From Squalus acanthias (lineage: Eukaryota), in contig CM059432.1 in assembly GCA_030390025.1 (NCBI GenBank), positions 152,026,001 through 152,090,000 on the forward strand: DNA of 64,000 nucleotides, read 5' to 3'. Below are positions 50,350-63,373 of the stretch, piece by piece. A program made the position numbers and the translations under genes. The notes under the pieces were generated by a model. That model was not told where the DNA came from and did no database searches. It saw only the letters and a program-made list of their open reading frames with translations. Every line of letters begins with the position of its first letter. Within the stretch, counting starts at the first letter, position 1.

Positions 50350-51209
50350 AATATTAACATTTTGGCACTGTGAAACAGGACTCCTGATTAGCTTGTAGTG
50401 ATGCAACATTTTTATTAAATTAAGAATTCTGTGGAATAAAAACACTTCCACGAAGTTAGCTGGAAGTTGTGAAGCAGATATTTCATATTGGGCTATTACA
50501 AATACATGACCTGAATTTTCCCATTTTCAGCTGGATATGAAGTCTGGGTGGGTGATATCAGTTAGGGGAGCTAATACCTTGCATGCTTGGTGGACCTCTG
50601 TATAAAATAGGGTATATAATCTATATGGGATTATAAAGGTTATGCTTGCGTCAGATTTGGGTTTAATCTGAAAATTATTCATGCTAATTATAAAAAGCTG
50701 TGAGTTCACAAATAAAAATAGTTAGACTGAAGTATTTTTTTGGATGAGAGGAAAGAAACACTAGATAGGATCCATTTAACACTACTGTGAAGGTGGAATA
50801 TATACAACACACTTGATAAATAACTTGGTACCCATTTTGTCTTTTAAATGGTCTAATATAGATGTAATTACAATTGAAAACTTAGTTGAAATCATTGCAT
50901 CCAAAATGATTGAGGAAACTTTGGATATTTTTAAAGATAAATATATTTTCTGCAGGAAAACCCAAAGCAAAGGGATACATTCCCGTGAGAGTTTGTATTC
51001 AATAACGTGCATAAACCATGGTGAAGTAAGCTTAAATTGCTCCAGCTCCCTTCAGCAGACTTTATTTTTCATAGTTTTCTCAGGATATTTAATACTCTGC
51101 CAGACTTCAAAGAAATATAAAAAAACCTGCTGGAAATCTGAAACAAAAAAACAGAAAATGCCGGAGATACACAGTGGGGTGGTCAGCATCTGTACAGAGA
51201 ACTGCAAAA

Positions 51210-52200
51210 ACTTACAGCACAAGGAGGTGGTCATTCAGTACATTGTGTGTGCCAGCTTTTTGCTAGAGCACTCCAAAACTAATCCCCCTTGCCTGAGTCT
51301 CACTCCGTAGCCCAATTATTTTCCTGTGTTTTAGAATATTTTCTTCTCCAACCACTCACTGTGGCAAAGCATTCCATGCTTCAACAGCCCTCTGTGTAAA
51401 TACATTTCTCCTAATCTCTCTCCTCACTCGTAATGGCAATTTTAAATCAATGACCCCCTGTCACTGATGGTCTTCCTCTATTTACTGTCAAAACCCTTCA
51501 TAATTTCAAAAACTATTAAATCTCCTCTTAGCCTTCACTTCTCTAGTGGAAATGGTCCTAGTATCTCGAGTATCTACTCATAACTATACTTCAATGTCTC
51601 TTGCATCATCTTGGTGAACCTACACTTAATGCTTTCTATGGCTTCAGTGCCCTCTTTATAAGGGCACCCAAAACTGCACACTGTACTCTCTAATCGTCCT
51701 GTGCAAATTCGTCATTATTTATTTATTCTTGTAATCAATGCCCCTATGTATAAAACCCAAAATGCTGTTGACTTTTGTGGCTTCATCCACCCACATTTGC
51801 ATTTTCAGGGAATTATGTTTTTGAAACACAAATTTTTCTGTTCATCCACACCTGTCAACGTCTTTCCATTTAGTGTACACTGCCATTCCTTGTCTGTCCT
51901 CCCAAAATGTATTACTTCATGCTTAGATCTGTATTAAATTGCATCTGTTGCCTATTTCCCATTCCGCTAACCTGTTTGTTTTACTGGAATCTTCTACAGT
52001 TTTCTTCACTGTTTGCCAAACCTACTACTTTTGTTACATCAGCAAATTTTGAGATTGTGTTACCTATAGCTAAGTCCAAATCATCTATGTATACCGAGAA
52101 TAAAGGTGGACCAGGCATCGACCCTTTGGGTACACTACTTTCACCCTTCTCCAACTCGAGCAGCACCCATTTGTTCTAAATATTTGCTTGCTGTCTGTCT
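51210..52200 (-). mobile_element. Old CR1 RT to 3' fragment
   Basis: VPKGSMPGPPLFSVYIDDL...ISKFADVTKV. Confidence 0.75.
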
Positions 52201-54145
52201 AAGCTGCTATTTCCTTTCGGAACTGTTCTGATGAAGGGTTACATGCTTGAAATGTCACATCTTGTCTTTTATTTTTACAGGTGTGATTAGCCTGCTGTGT
52301 ATTTCTCAACATTTTCTGTTTCTTTTTGTGGGACCATAATTACTTGTGCATATTTAAGTGCTAACATTGTTGATTGTAGACCTGAATCTATAATTGAAAC
52401 TTTAAAGCTCTTCTGTGTGATCTGATTTCCTACCAATTTTCTCCCTCCTTCTGAAAGGGCAGACTTTGGCTTCATAGGTGCAGGCAGCCCGAGGTTGAGA
52501 CAGTGAGCATTATTGGAGCTCATTACAACCAGCCCAGTTCTGCACCAGTGCACTTTCCAGCAGGAGTCAGTGGATTGCATAGGAGCTGGAGCCTTTACTT
52601 ACTGTTTTCCCCTTTCCTTAGCGTAGGTACACTGAATCCAATTATAATGGCTCACCTGTTTCTACAGCTGAGATCAGCTAAATCATCACAGACCCAAGAT
52701 TGAATCTGGGATCTTCTGGTGTGTGGCCTGCTGGACCACCTTAAGTCTGTAGGTGCTTTTAGTTTTTTTTTCTGTACTTGTCTTGGGATTCTGCCATTTT
52801 ATATTTGATGTTGGTCTTCCCTTGGCAACCCCTCCCACAGTGCAAATTTGATTGAGTTTCTTGGGATTTGAATTCAAAGCTTAAACTGGAAAAATTAAGC
52901 AAAATCTATTTTAAACCTTTTTATAAAGTGCCCCTTTTTACAGTAAGTCATCAGCAGTCTTCATACCTAGTTTAAAAGGAACAGCAGCAGACGGCTGATT
53001 TTATATTTCAATTTGCTTTTCAGGAGCTGCTTCCGGTGCATGTACTGTTAAATCTGTTTTCTATGCCTGGTGGCAGGGCTTGTAGACCCAGTTCACCTAG
53101 AATGCAGGACTCTGAAAACTGAATTAAAGGAACAATATAAAAGCAGCTGGTGTAACCAGTAGAGATCTGCATTTCATAGTTGAAACCTAAGAACTTAAGC
53201 AAACTGGCTATAATTGCAGACTGGTCCAGCCCCAGGCAAGATGTACAACCACGGAGAAATTTCCAAGAGTAAAGTCAGTTACTGTATCTGGATAATTTAA
53301 AGGGATAAAGCAAGTTTCTGTTTTAGGTTCTTTGCTGGCAGTTACACTGATATTGCTAATTGCAAACGCGGGGGTCTGACTTCCAGTGTTTACTGAAACC
53401 AGCAACCTTAATCCAACAGCACTTTCCTGGATCTACAATGATGTTTGTTTGCCGAACGTTGGATCATTTACACTATAAACTACAGCTGACAGGTGGCACT
53501 TCACGTGCGCATTTGTTGCATCCCTATAGTGTAAAATAAGGCACTTTAACAACATTGAGCAGTTAATGAATGATATTGTCATGAACTGTCCAATCTGTCA
53601 TTTTATTGGTTCCCCTTTTCATGGCCTGGAATAAACATTTGTGTGGTTTTTGTTTTTGCTCTTTTCTCCTTTTAATTGAAATAAGATTCGGCATATCTTA
53701 TTGAGCCTTCAATGAGAGTCAAAATAGAAACTTTGATAGTATGGTAGTATGTTCTGCTATTTGGGAGCAGGCAGTGTACTCAAATTGAAGGGAACAAGTA
53801 CAAAATCTTATCTGATAAACAAAATGTGAAAGATTCCATTTTTGAATGTGTTTAGTAGTAGTCTTTTTTTGAGAGAGAATGTAAAAATTTGACAGTTTGA
53901 TCAGCAGAAACAGGTTAATAATCTGAATGTACAGTGTTTTAAAACTGAAGTAAATCTCAGCATTATGCATTAGGTTTGAATTACATTTTCTGGTTTGAAT
54001 TATGTTTTAAAAAAAAATGAAAGTGTAGTTAGAAATAACTATTCATTTATTCATTCTGTTGAACAGAATCTTTATTCTTTACTTTTCTTAATTTTAATAC
54101 TGCCTTGATGCGGACAAAATTGATACTGACATTCTTGTTTTGCAG

Positions 54146-54297
54146 TGATGTCTTGGCGCTGCCCATTTTCAAGCAAGAAGACTCTAACCTTCCTCCAGAG
54201 AATGAAACTAAGCATCCGCCATTCCAGTATGTGCTCTACGCAGCCACATCTCCTGCTGTTAAACTACATGATGAAACACTCACCTACTTGAACCAAG
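54146..54297 (+). CDS. UBP1: UBP1 exon 2 (start of the CP2 DNA-binding domain)
   Basis: Acceptor ttttgcag, 152 nt, donor G|gtatat; [50 protein letters not shown]. Confidence 0.96.
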
Positions 54298-54871
54298 GTA
54301 TATCTAAATACTTTGAAGAGGCTTAACTTCATGTTGTCTCTTCATGCTGGCAAACAGTGGTTTGTGTGGGGGTGGGGGCAGGAGTTTTGAACCAAGTCGT
54401 CCTTTCCCTTCCCTTCGGTACTAGTCAGCAGTGAAGTACTTTTGAGAAATGTTCCGCTTTGTGCTTTTGAATAGAGAGAATTTGTTGCAGCTCTGATGGG
54501 TGAATTCAGGTGATGGGCAGCCCAGAGATGGAAACCTGCAGCTATTCTACCTTGTGTGGCACGACAGCGAGAGCAGATTGAAGTTATCATTTGTGCCTGT
54601 AAACTCAGAGATCCATAGGGATAACAGGAATACCAAATTTATTCTACAATAAGGAAGACCTTAAAGCACAAGTAGTCTTCGCTGGAGTGACATATACTCA
54701 ATATTGTACTATTCCCCATTGTATATTTATTTGCTGATTTAAATTCTCAAGATGGGGCTTGAACTTGCCCATAGTGAATGACTCTGGGAGATCTCGTATG
54801 CATTATTGCTATTCCCTCGGAGCTTGAGATGTAGATTGCCAGTGTTGTTAATATATGGAGTTTCTGGCATT

Positions 54872-55212
54872 TCATAGAATTAGACAGCACAGAGGGAGGC
54901 CATTCAGCCCTTTGTGCCTGTGCTGGCTCTTTGAAAGAGCTATCAAATTAGTCCCACTCCCCTGCTCTTTCCCCGTGGCCCTGTAAGTTTTTCCTTTTGA
55001 AGTTTAGATCCAATTTCTTTTTGTAAGTTACTATTTTCTCTGCATCCACCACCCTTTAAGGCAATGTATTCTGGATCATAACTCGTTGCGTAATAAAAAC
55101 ATCTCGTTATCTCCCCTTTGGTTCTTTGCCAATTTTCTTAAATTTGTGCCCTCTGGTTACTGACCCTCCTGCCAGTGGAAACTGTTTCTCTTTATTTACT
55201 GTATCAAATCCC
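54872..55212 (-). mobile_element. CR1 3' fragment
   Basis: Matches the other CR1 3' ends in the window. Confidence 0.8.
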
Positions 55213-55857
55213 TTTCTGGAGGACATTATTGGCTTCCTTCTTCTTCACCTGGCTTCTGGAGCCCCTGTACAGGCCATTCACAGGCAGCATCTGGAATAGG
55301 TGGCGATCAGCCAGATCAGTTGACACATTAATACTACCTATTATGCTGTGTGAGCTGCCGTTTAACTTTCTTTATAAGCGTGACTATCATGGAAAATTTG
55401 TCTCAACAGAGGATAAGTGTTAAACTCTTGGGGCATTTTGGCTTTTGAATGCTACTTGGAAGAATGAGTTAAAGTGTCAGTATTTGCTTAATGTCGTCAC
55501 TCGAAGGATTCTGCCAAATTCATCATTGGCTACTGTCCAGAAAGAAACCTTGCTTTTGCACCTCGGGTTCTGTATATGTCAGTATGTTACCGCACTGTAA
55601 AACATTCGGTGGGAGGAAGTAGTAGTTCTAGTAATGATTGTTATCTGTCTGATAGTGACTTCAGCTCAGACAGCAATGTGAGAACTTGTTTGTCTAACCA
55701 GGTTTGTCAGAGCGTGTATGTATAAGATAGTAGTTTATACAGTTCTCTTTTCCTGCTTGACATTGGTTGGTGTCAGTTTGTACGTTCTTCACGATGATAA
55801 AGCAGAGGAAGAACTTCTAATAGAAGAAAATATAAACCTATACTAGAAACCAGTACA

Positions 55858-56180
55858 AAAGCAAAATATTGCGGATGTTGGAAATCTGAAATAAAAACAG
55901 AAAATGCTGGCAATACTCAGCAGGTCAGGCAGCATCTGTGGCAAGAGAAACAGTTAACGTTTCAGGTTGGTGACCTTTCATCAGAACTAGAAAAAAGTTA
56001 GAGATGGAACAGGTATTAAGCAAGTACAGAGGCAGGGAAAAGGGAGGGGGGTGGTGCAAGAGCAAAAGGGAAGGTCTCTGATGGGTTGGAAGGCAGGAGT
56101 GATTAAATGACCGAAAGGATGATAGTACAAAGCAAAAGGGGGTGGTAATGGGACAATAAAAGAAACAAGGATGGGTCTAG
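55858..56180 (-). mobile_element. Penelope-like element 3' end
   Basis: Reverse complement of the 45030-45360 family. Confidence 0.65.
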
Positions 56181-56182
56181 AG

Positions 56183-56410
56183 CAGTGGTTCTCAAACCTT
56201 TTTGGTTGAAGGACACCTTTTCAAATGGATTAGTAATTACAGGCCCCCCCCCCCCCATCATCTAAATTATAATACTATATAATACTCATAATATGAAAGT
56301 GCTGCATGTTAGTGTTTTAATAATGCTTTAAAAAAAAAACAGGTATTTACTTACAGATATCAGTGAGATGGGTGTGTCTGCTTCTCACACCAATTCTGGG
56401 TACTCTGCGG
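56183..56410 (-). mobile_element. hAT-Charlie 3' end (further possible remnants near 56950-57130)
   Basis: TIR cagtggttctcaaacc preceded by gtctagag (NTCTAGAN target); minus-strand EKQTHPSH* like Charlie transposase C-termini. Confidence 0.7.
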
Positions 56411-58107
56411 CAACAGATGGCCATTATTAGCTACTTAGTACTGGACAATTTTTAAAGCAGTCAGTAGGCTGGCCAGGCTGAGCAAGGGCACGAGCACCCA
56501 TGCACATGCTGGGATACTGCTGGGAGCATGACTCATCGGCAATCTTCCCTTTAAGCTGCACAGCACTCCAGGGAACTCTCAGCTGGCTTGCTGGCTTTTC
56601 AATGCAAATACCGCGCATGCGAGGTATTTTGAAAGGCCCGCGCAGCCCCAAGAAAAATTACAGGGACGTTGCTCATCGCCATACTGTCCCACTGGAATGT
56701 CCTTGAACTGCTGCACTATGGGATTGTACGTGTTTGCGTCAACACTTTCAGGCACGTGTTTGAAGGGCCCCGCAGGCGCTCTGATCACTTATCAGGAGGG
56801 TGGCACAGGATCGCGGCGCCAAGGAGAGGAATCGGCTCAACCGGCAGGGAGCGCTCGTTGCAAAGTGAGTGAGAGATGTGGGATTGGGTGAGGGGGCAGG
56901 CCCAGCCATTCAGAATAATTCGCAAGAACTGAATCAGTGTCAGATTTATAAAGAGGAGCAGGCTTGAAATTGCCCAATTCTATGATCACTGAAACTACTG
57001 AAAAGTTTCACGAATCAGGCTGACTTTAGATACCATCAACATATTGGATACGACATACCGACTGTCATCGACAAATGTTTACTTCTTCTCCCAGCACTAT
57101 TCCTGATTAAGAAGGCAGGCACGTAACCTCACAAACCACTGGAACTGGGTGTAAACAGATTTGCGAAGTGCAGCGGAGTTCATTCACCAACTGCTGCAGC
57201 CTCCACGCTCAGGAGAAAGTATCTCGTTCAAATCAAGAACTCAGCACGTGCACAAAGTACAGACCCAGCCCATCAGAGGTGGGGGGGGGGGGGCGGTCAT
57301 GTGCGCGCAAAAAGTTTTGGGTCACAAAGCCCCGGCTTGGTGGAGATGGTCTACTCTGTGCCAGGGCCTGGCTTCTGCATTGCTGAAAGTGGTGTTTAAC
57401 CTGCGAGTCTACTGCAAGATTACACTGTAACAACATTACCAGAGTTGCTAGTGCTCAAACCAGACCTCCACGCCTGTATCTGGAACAGAAGAGCTGCACC
57501 TCTATATCTTGTATCCATCATGCAACCTTTCTACCTGTGGAAATCCATCTCTGGCAGTATTGTCTGGAAGATGCGTCAACTTTACTGGAAAGCCTTGTGA
57601 GCATTATGTGTGAATGGTTCATTTTTAGCATTACTGTGGCTCTGATCTTGTGCACCTTTTTATTTACAAAGGAAATAATATTTAGTACAGAGCATAACCT
57701 CTAAAACATGTGAATTGTCTTCAAACACTGCTTTATGTAGTGCAAAAATTATTTTTCCTTTTATTGAAACTTGTAGTATATATACAAGACAAATTGAGAC
57801 ACTAGTTCTTTGAGGTAGCAGCAAGCATTCTTGAAGTTAAGAGGTAGTGTGAACCGAAGTGAATTCATGCAATGAAATGACCTGCAGCATTATATTTCAA
57901 TTGCTTATCCCTAATCATTTCAGAATATCAGTTTAGAAGCCATATTCCCTGGGCCTGAAGTACATGCTATCTTTTGATAATTGCCAATTGAAAACATTCT
58001 TTTGAAGCCTGACCGTCCAAAGGCTTCACTAGATTATGTTACGTAACTGTGTTATCTGATCCCTGCCACTGGATGCAATTGTGTATATTGGACCATGCAA
58101 CAATATA

Positions 58108-58520
58108 CAGGAAACTTTCGTTTATCCGGCACCCAAATATCCGGAATTCTCGCTTAACCGGCAAAAATCATCCTCCGAAAACTCCTCTCAAATAACCGGC
58201 AATGTTGCCGAGCCGCAGTCGAGTCTCCGCGAACGCCGAGTGCTCCGAAAACTCCTCTCAAATAACCGGCAATGTTGCCGATCCCGAGTCCGCGAACGCC
58301 GATTTAGTCAGTAGGGGTACTTTTCAAAAGTGCCACTACTCGGCCACCTGGCGCTGTCGGAAGTCCGAAACACTGCAGTAGCAGGATTTGATTCTCCCGC
58401 GCTGCCTGGAGTCTCTTTGTTAAAAATAGCCTCGGTAGATATAACTCTCCGTTATCCGGTACTTTCGATAAACCGGCACCACGCCGGTCCCGTCGATGCC
58501 GGATAAACGAAAGTTTCCTG
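58108..58520. mobile_element. pogo/Tigger-type MITE
   Basis: Perfect 24-bp TIR CAGGAAACTTTCGTTTATCCGGCA; TA on the left, AA on the right; internal duplication of about 70 bp at 58173-58301. Confidence 0.85.
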
Positions 58521-60559
58521 AACCAGTATTTAGGTCAGCTCTGATGACTTCTGCCATTTGAATGACATACTTGACTTGGTAACAGAAACTGAAGTGTACT
58601 GCTTGGTCAGCTTCATGTGCATACCATTCTTTTTAAATTTTTCTCTCTCTCCTCCTGAAGGTAGTGATATGTGCTGGGACATTGGAAGCCATTTGATACC
58701 ACAAATGAGTTAATGTCGGCAGCCATGGAGAGTATCATAGCTGAACCTAGTCCTATCCTCATCTGACGCTCAAATGCACAACCGCTCCTACAGGGGTTGC
58801 TGTATGGCAATCAGGAGCGGGAGCTATAGCTGATTTTTTTTACGCCTATGAGTGTTTAGGCAAGTTGTGGATTGATTTTAAGAATAAAAAATTCAGACTT
58901 TACGTATTTCTGTGCCATGTTTAGGGGCTTCCCCCCCAAAAATGCCCTCTGATGTGGGTGACGCAGGCATGGCAGCTTTAATGCCCATCCCTAATTATCC
59001 TAAGAAGGCAATGATGGGCCTTCTTGAACTGTTGCAGTCCTTGTGCTGGTACTCCCATGAAAGTAAGCAATTCCAGGATTTTGATCCAGGGACATTGAAG
59101 GAACAGTGGTATATGTCTAAGTCAGGATGGTGTTTGACTTGGAGATGATGGTGTTCCCGTGATGTTGCTGATTTTGTCCTTTTTAGTGGTAGAGGTCCTG
59201 GGGCTGGGAAATGCTTGGCAAGTTATTGCAGGGCATCATGCAGATCGTACATACTGCAGCCATAATATGTCAGTGATGGGGAGAGGTTGGATATTGAGTC
59301 CAGTGGCAGAGGCACTGATGAAGTGCACTACACTGTTCTGAATGGTGTCGAGCTTGTTGATTATTATTGCAGCCTTGGTCACCTCTCCACTGCCTCAAGT
59401 TTCTCACTGTTAAGTTTAATTTACTATGTGTGTTCCTATTTGTATAATAGATTTAAATCCTTTCCAAACTTGTTCATGCTGTGTATCTATCAGAACTGGA
59501 AGGGCCTGGTGTACATCAATATGGCAATGCTAGTTAGCACAAAAAGCACAAATCTATTTTGTGCTATTTTCCTAGCCTCTGCAGATCTATGTTCTTTAGT
59601 ATGCTTTGTGAGATGTAAGCCAATGGGTTCCCCTTTGATGTGTGAGAACTGGATCCTGATTTTTTTTTTGAAGATTGAGAGCTCAAGAGTGCCTCTAAGT
59701 ATTTAAAAAAAAAAATCTCCTTTCACTTAATAATCTGCATTGGTTGTGGAAGATGGGTAGGCAACTGCTAGGTGTGCCAGCATTGGCCCAGGTGACATTG
59801 TTCCCTTCCTCTCTGAGTAAGTGTCTAGCCTTTGCTTGGTGCATCGTTCAGTGTCCTGGTTCAGATCAGGATTCCGAGTGGCAGATTGTGCGACTATACC
59901 AGCGGCGGACTGCTCCATAGCCCAGCATGATGACGGGCTGCCTGGGTACAATGACTGGGGATGGAGGACAGGATTAAGGTATGGGTCATGCTTTGATGTA
60001 ACTCAAAGATTTGAGGGTATAAGCAGTAGATGTGGGGTTGGTTTGGGGTCTGAGATAGTGGCTGGCCATCACACCAACCAGCGACTGATTGCACCACTGG
60101 CGTGCTCCAAAGATGTTTTCTTGTTGCAAGGATACAATACAGAGCTGATAATCCTGTTTTATCGTAGCAGTGCCATGTTGTCATCAATATTTCATGTTGG
60201 GTCAATTGTGTAGGTCAGTGGTGTAAAACATAACACACTGCATGAGTCAGAAACACCTGTGTACATTTCAGGTATACGTGTTTTAAACTGTGTACCTCGT
60301 GCATATGTTCAGTTGAGCAGAATTCAAGAAGTCCCCATAACTACCCTTTTGCATCATTTAGGAATTTGTTTTGAACCTTCCTCTTCTGGGTGCAGTCTTC
60401 ATTGGGTTAGCCCGTTCTAGCTGTTTTATTTGGAGATGTATGTTTGCCATTGTAGATTACAATTCTTGTTTGTGTGCAGAGTAGATGCTGTTTTGTGTAT
60501 CTTTCATCTATCAGCATGATACATTCATCAGATATTAGTTATAATATAGGAAATGTATA

Positions 60560-60952
60560 TGCAGATTCACCAGAATGAAACCAAGGCTTAATGGGTTAAA
60601 TTGAGGACAAGTTGCATAAACTTGGTTTGTATTCCCTTGAGTTTAGATGGTTGAGAGGTGATCTAATCGAGAGGTGTTTAAGGATTCGAAAGGGCAGATA
60701 CAGAGAAATTTTTCTTCCAGTGGGGGAATCTAGAAGAAGAGAGCATAATCTTAAATTTAGAGACAGGCCATCAGGGAGCACTTTATTGCACTCAAAGGGT
60801 AGTGGAAATCTGTAACTTGTACTCCAATTGAAATTTTCAAGACTGAGATTGATAGATTTTTGGATAAGTGCATTAAGGGCTATGGAACAATGGTAGGTAA
60901 ATGGAGTTGAGATACAGATCAGCCATGTTCGAGTGGCCTACTTCTGTTCCTG
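60560..60952 (+). mobile_element. CR1 3' fragment
   Basis: LGLYSLEFRWLRGDLIE; CR1 3' UTR. Confidence 0.8.
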
Positions 60953-61599
60953 TGCTCCAATGCAGAATTCACCCATCCAGGTAACTGTTGAATATTCTAT
61001 TGCCCTCTTATTCTATTGCACTTGAGTCATGTAGATGATTGAGAAGCTTTTGAGGGGTCAGGAATACAGATTATTTTGTAAAAGGTTACAGATATAACAG
61101 GGTAATTTGGTATGAACAAAATGTGTTGGGGTTTTTCGTCAAACAATTTCCCAACCGCATTACTAGCAATAGTGGGAACAATCAGCCGGTCTGACAGATC
61201 TGTGGCGAGAAAGGTAAGGTTAACGTTTCAGCTCGATGACCTTTCGTCAGAACTGAGTGTTTCCAGCATTTTCTGTTTTTATTTCAGAATTCATAGAATC
61301 ATACAGTACAGAAGGAGGCCATTCTGCAATGATTTCCTTTTCAAGTATATATCCAATTGCCTTTTGAAAGTTACTATTGAATCTGCAGCACTCTTTCGGG
61401 CAGTGCATTCCGGATCATCATAACTCGCTGTGCAAAATAAATTTTCCTCACCACCTCTTTAGATTTCTTGCAACTGCAATATTTTTTTTTACTGGTAATA
61501 GTCATTACTTTATTATTGCTTTGCACTGAACCACATTATTGGCACAGTCTAGTTTTAATTCAAAGTTGTTTTATTCAAATCATGCAGAAAAAATACCAT

Positions 61600-62500
61600 G
61601 CATTGAAATGGGCCCTGACCAGTGAAATCCACTGCTTAACCCAATTTCAACCTCATGATCAACAAAGCAGCTAACCTTCCAGGGCGCTATATTTTTGTCT
61701 TGCTAGAAAGGGTGAATGAATTCGCCAAAGAATTTGGTTGGAAACATTTCTGTAACATGGATCAGCTGCTTCAAAAATCACCACCCAATTAAGTCCAGGC
61801 GGCGCAAACAATGTTCCCACAGAAAGTGTTGACCACTGGATGTGCAATAAAACTTGTGAATTATTATCTCATTTATAAGCCCAAAGATATTGGATGAAAC
61901 GGCTTTTTTCTTTCAACCAGCTGCTCTCAAGCGAGAACTTGTGCTTTCATCATTGAAAAATGGTCTGCTGGGAAAAAGGCTAAGCAGCATCGTGCTGTGA
62001 TGGGTTGTGCTAGCAAGACTGGGGGAGATAGAAAGCAGCTGGTGATTGGGAATTCCAGTTCCCACCCCAAGAAATTCCTGCTGGTGTTAGTTTGTCTGTA
62101 GCTTACAGAGGTACCAAAACTTTGTGGATGAATGGCTTTGTCATTTTAACCGAAAGACAGCAAAGTTGCCTTGATGGTTGACTGCCCTGGGGCTTACACG
62201 AAGTGCCTGCATCTAAAAGCGAAATCTATTGCCAACTGCTCTTGGAACAGTAAATTCATCCCACCAGCAGTCAAGGATCTCCTTCAGGCACCGATGTTGC
62301 ACTGCCCATAGACATGAGTTTTGAATCCATTGTTGGTGTTAATAAGGAAGTCGTGATGTCCAGATTGCTGGCTGACATGGAAACTGTTGATGCTGTGCGG
62401 GAGGATGTTGCTGCCAGTGAAAGAGAGAATGAGGAGGAGGTTCAAGGCTGTGGATATAACAAGTTGACAGAAGTAGAGGAACAGCTTGTACTACCGCCAT
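61600..62500 (+). pseudogene. Decayed pogo/Tigger (TIGD-like) transposase
   Basis: Ordered remnants: LERVNEFAKEFG...WISCFKNHH (CENP-B-type HTH), DETAFFF, VMGCASKTGGDRKQLVIGNS, LMVDCPGA, acidic tail. Confidence 0.65.
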
Positions 62501-62914
62501 GTTGACCAAATCTCTGATTCCTGAGTAAATGGCTTACAGCTAAGCCACATGTCTTAATAGAGCTTTGTGCTAAATAGACTTCACAATTTTGTGGATTAAT
62601 GTGCCGTTGGCAGGAAGTAAACCATAATCATACAGAATTGTGCGAATTTATAGAACCATGCAGCTTTTACAAGTTTTGATCATATGTATTTCAATAGTAG
62701 CTTTGATGCTTTATGCCATCTTATAGTATTCCTCTAGATTTTGCTGTGCTGTTCCAACAGTTTTGCTTAATTTACACTGGTGGATTAGTTTCAGCCAAAA
62801 AGTGACTATAAATTAAGAATCACTGAACTACGTTACTGGAAATGATTATTACTTTGTAGTTGGTTTTGAATTAAGACTTTTGTCATTTTATAACTAACAT
62901 CTGAATTTCAACAG

Positions 62915-62991
62915 GTCAATCTTATGAAGTCCGAATGCTGGATAACCGAAAAATAGGAGATTTACCAGAAATAAGTGGAAAAATGGTTAAG
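62915..62991 (+). CDS. UBP1: UBP1 exon 3
   Basis: Acceptor tttcaacag, 77 nt, donor AAG|gtgggt; (G)[25 protein letters not shown]; phase fits exon 2; gene continues beyond the window. Confidence 0.95.
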
Positions 62992-63373
62992 GTGGGTCAC
63001 CTTTTTATTGAATGACATGGTTTTATAAATGACTGTATAGCTATAAATAGAACAGAAGACTAAAGCATGTTGATGTATACTTAATTGTAACAATTTGAAT
63101 ATGTGATTTCTTTTCTTGGTGTATAATGTCAATCTAGATGATAGGCGAGAAGCCTTTGTCTGGGTAGACTGTTAATCCCCACTACAGTAGCAATAAGAAA
63201 GCAGCTAGCTTTTAAACCCCGTCTCTTTAAAAATAGTCAAAGACTTTCCTTCTTTTGTTGAGTTTAGGGTAGAAGTGTTCTTCCATATATTAAAACTATG
63301 CTTTTGGTAGTCACTCCTGCTTTTTGGTTTCTGCTTCGCTCCTGTTTCTCCTGTTTTTTATGTTAGAGACAAT

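Noticed and set aside
50782..51310. 165-aa ORF in intron 1
   Set aside because: AT-rich chance ORF running into repeat remnants; no splice or homology support.
58173..58301. CRISPR-like repeat-spacer pattern
   Set aside because: Two-copy internal duplication of a MITE in eukaryotic DNA; no cas genes.
59727..60213. Cluster of ORFs in intron 2
   Set aside because: No recognisable domain; probably a very old repeat that I cannot classify.
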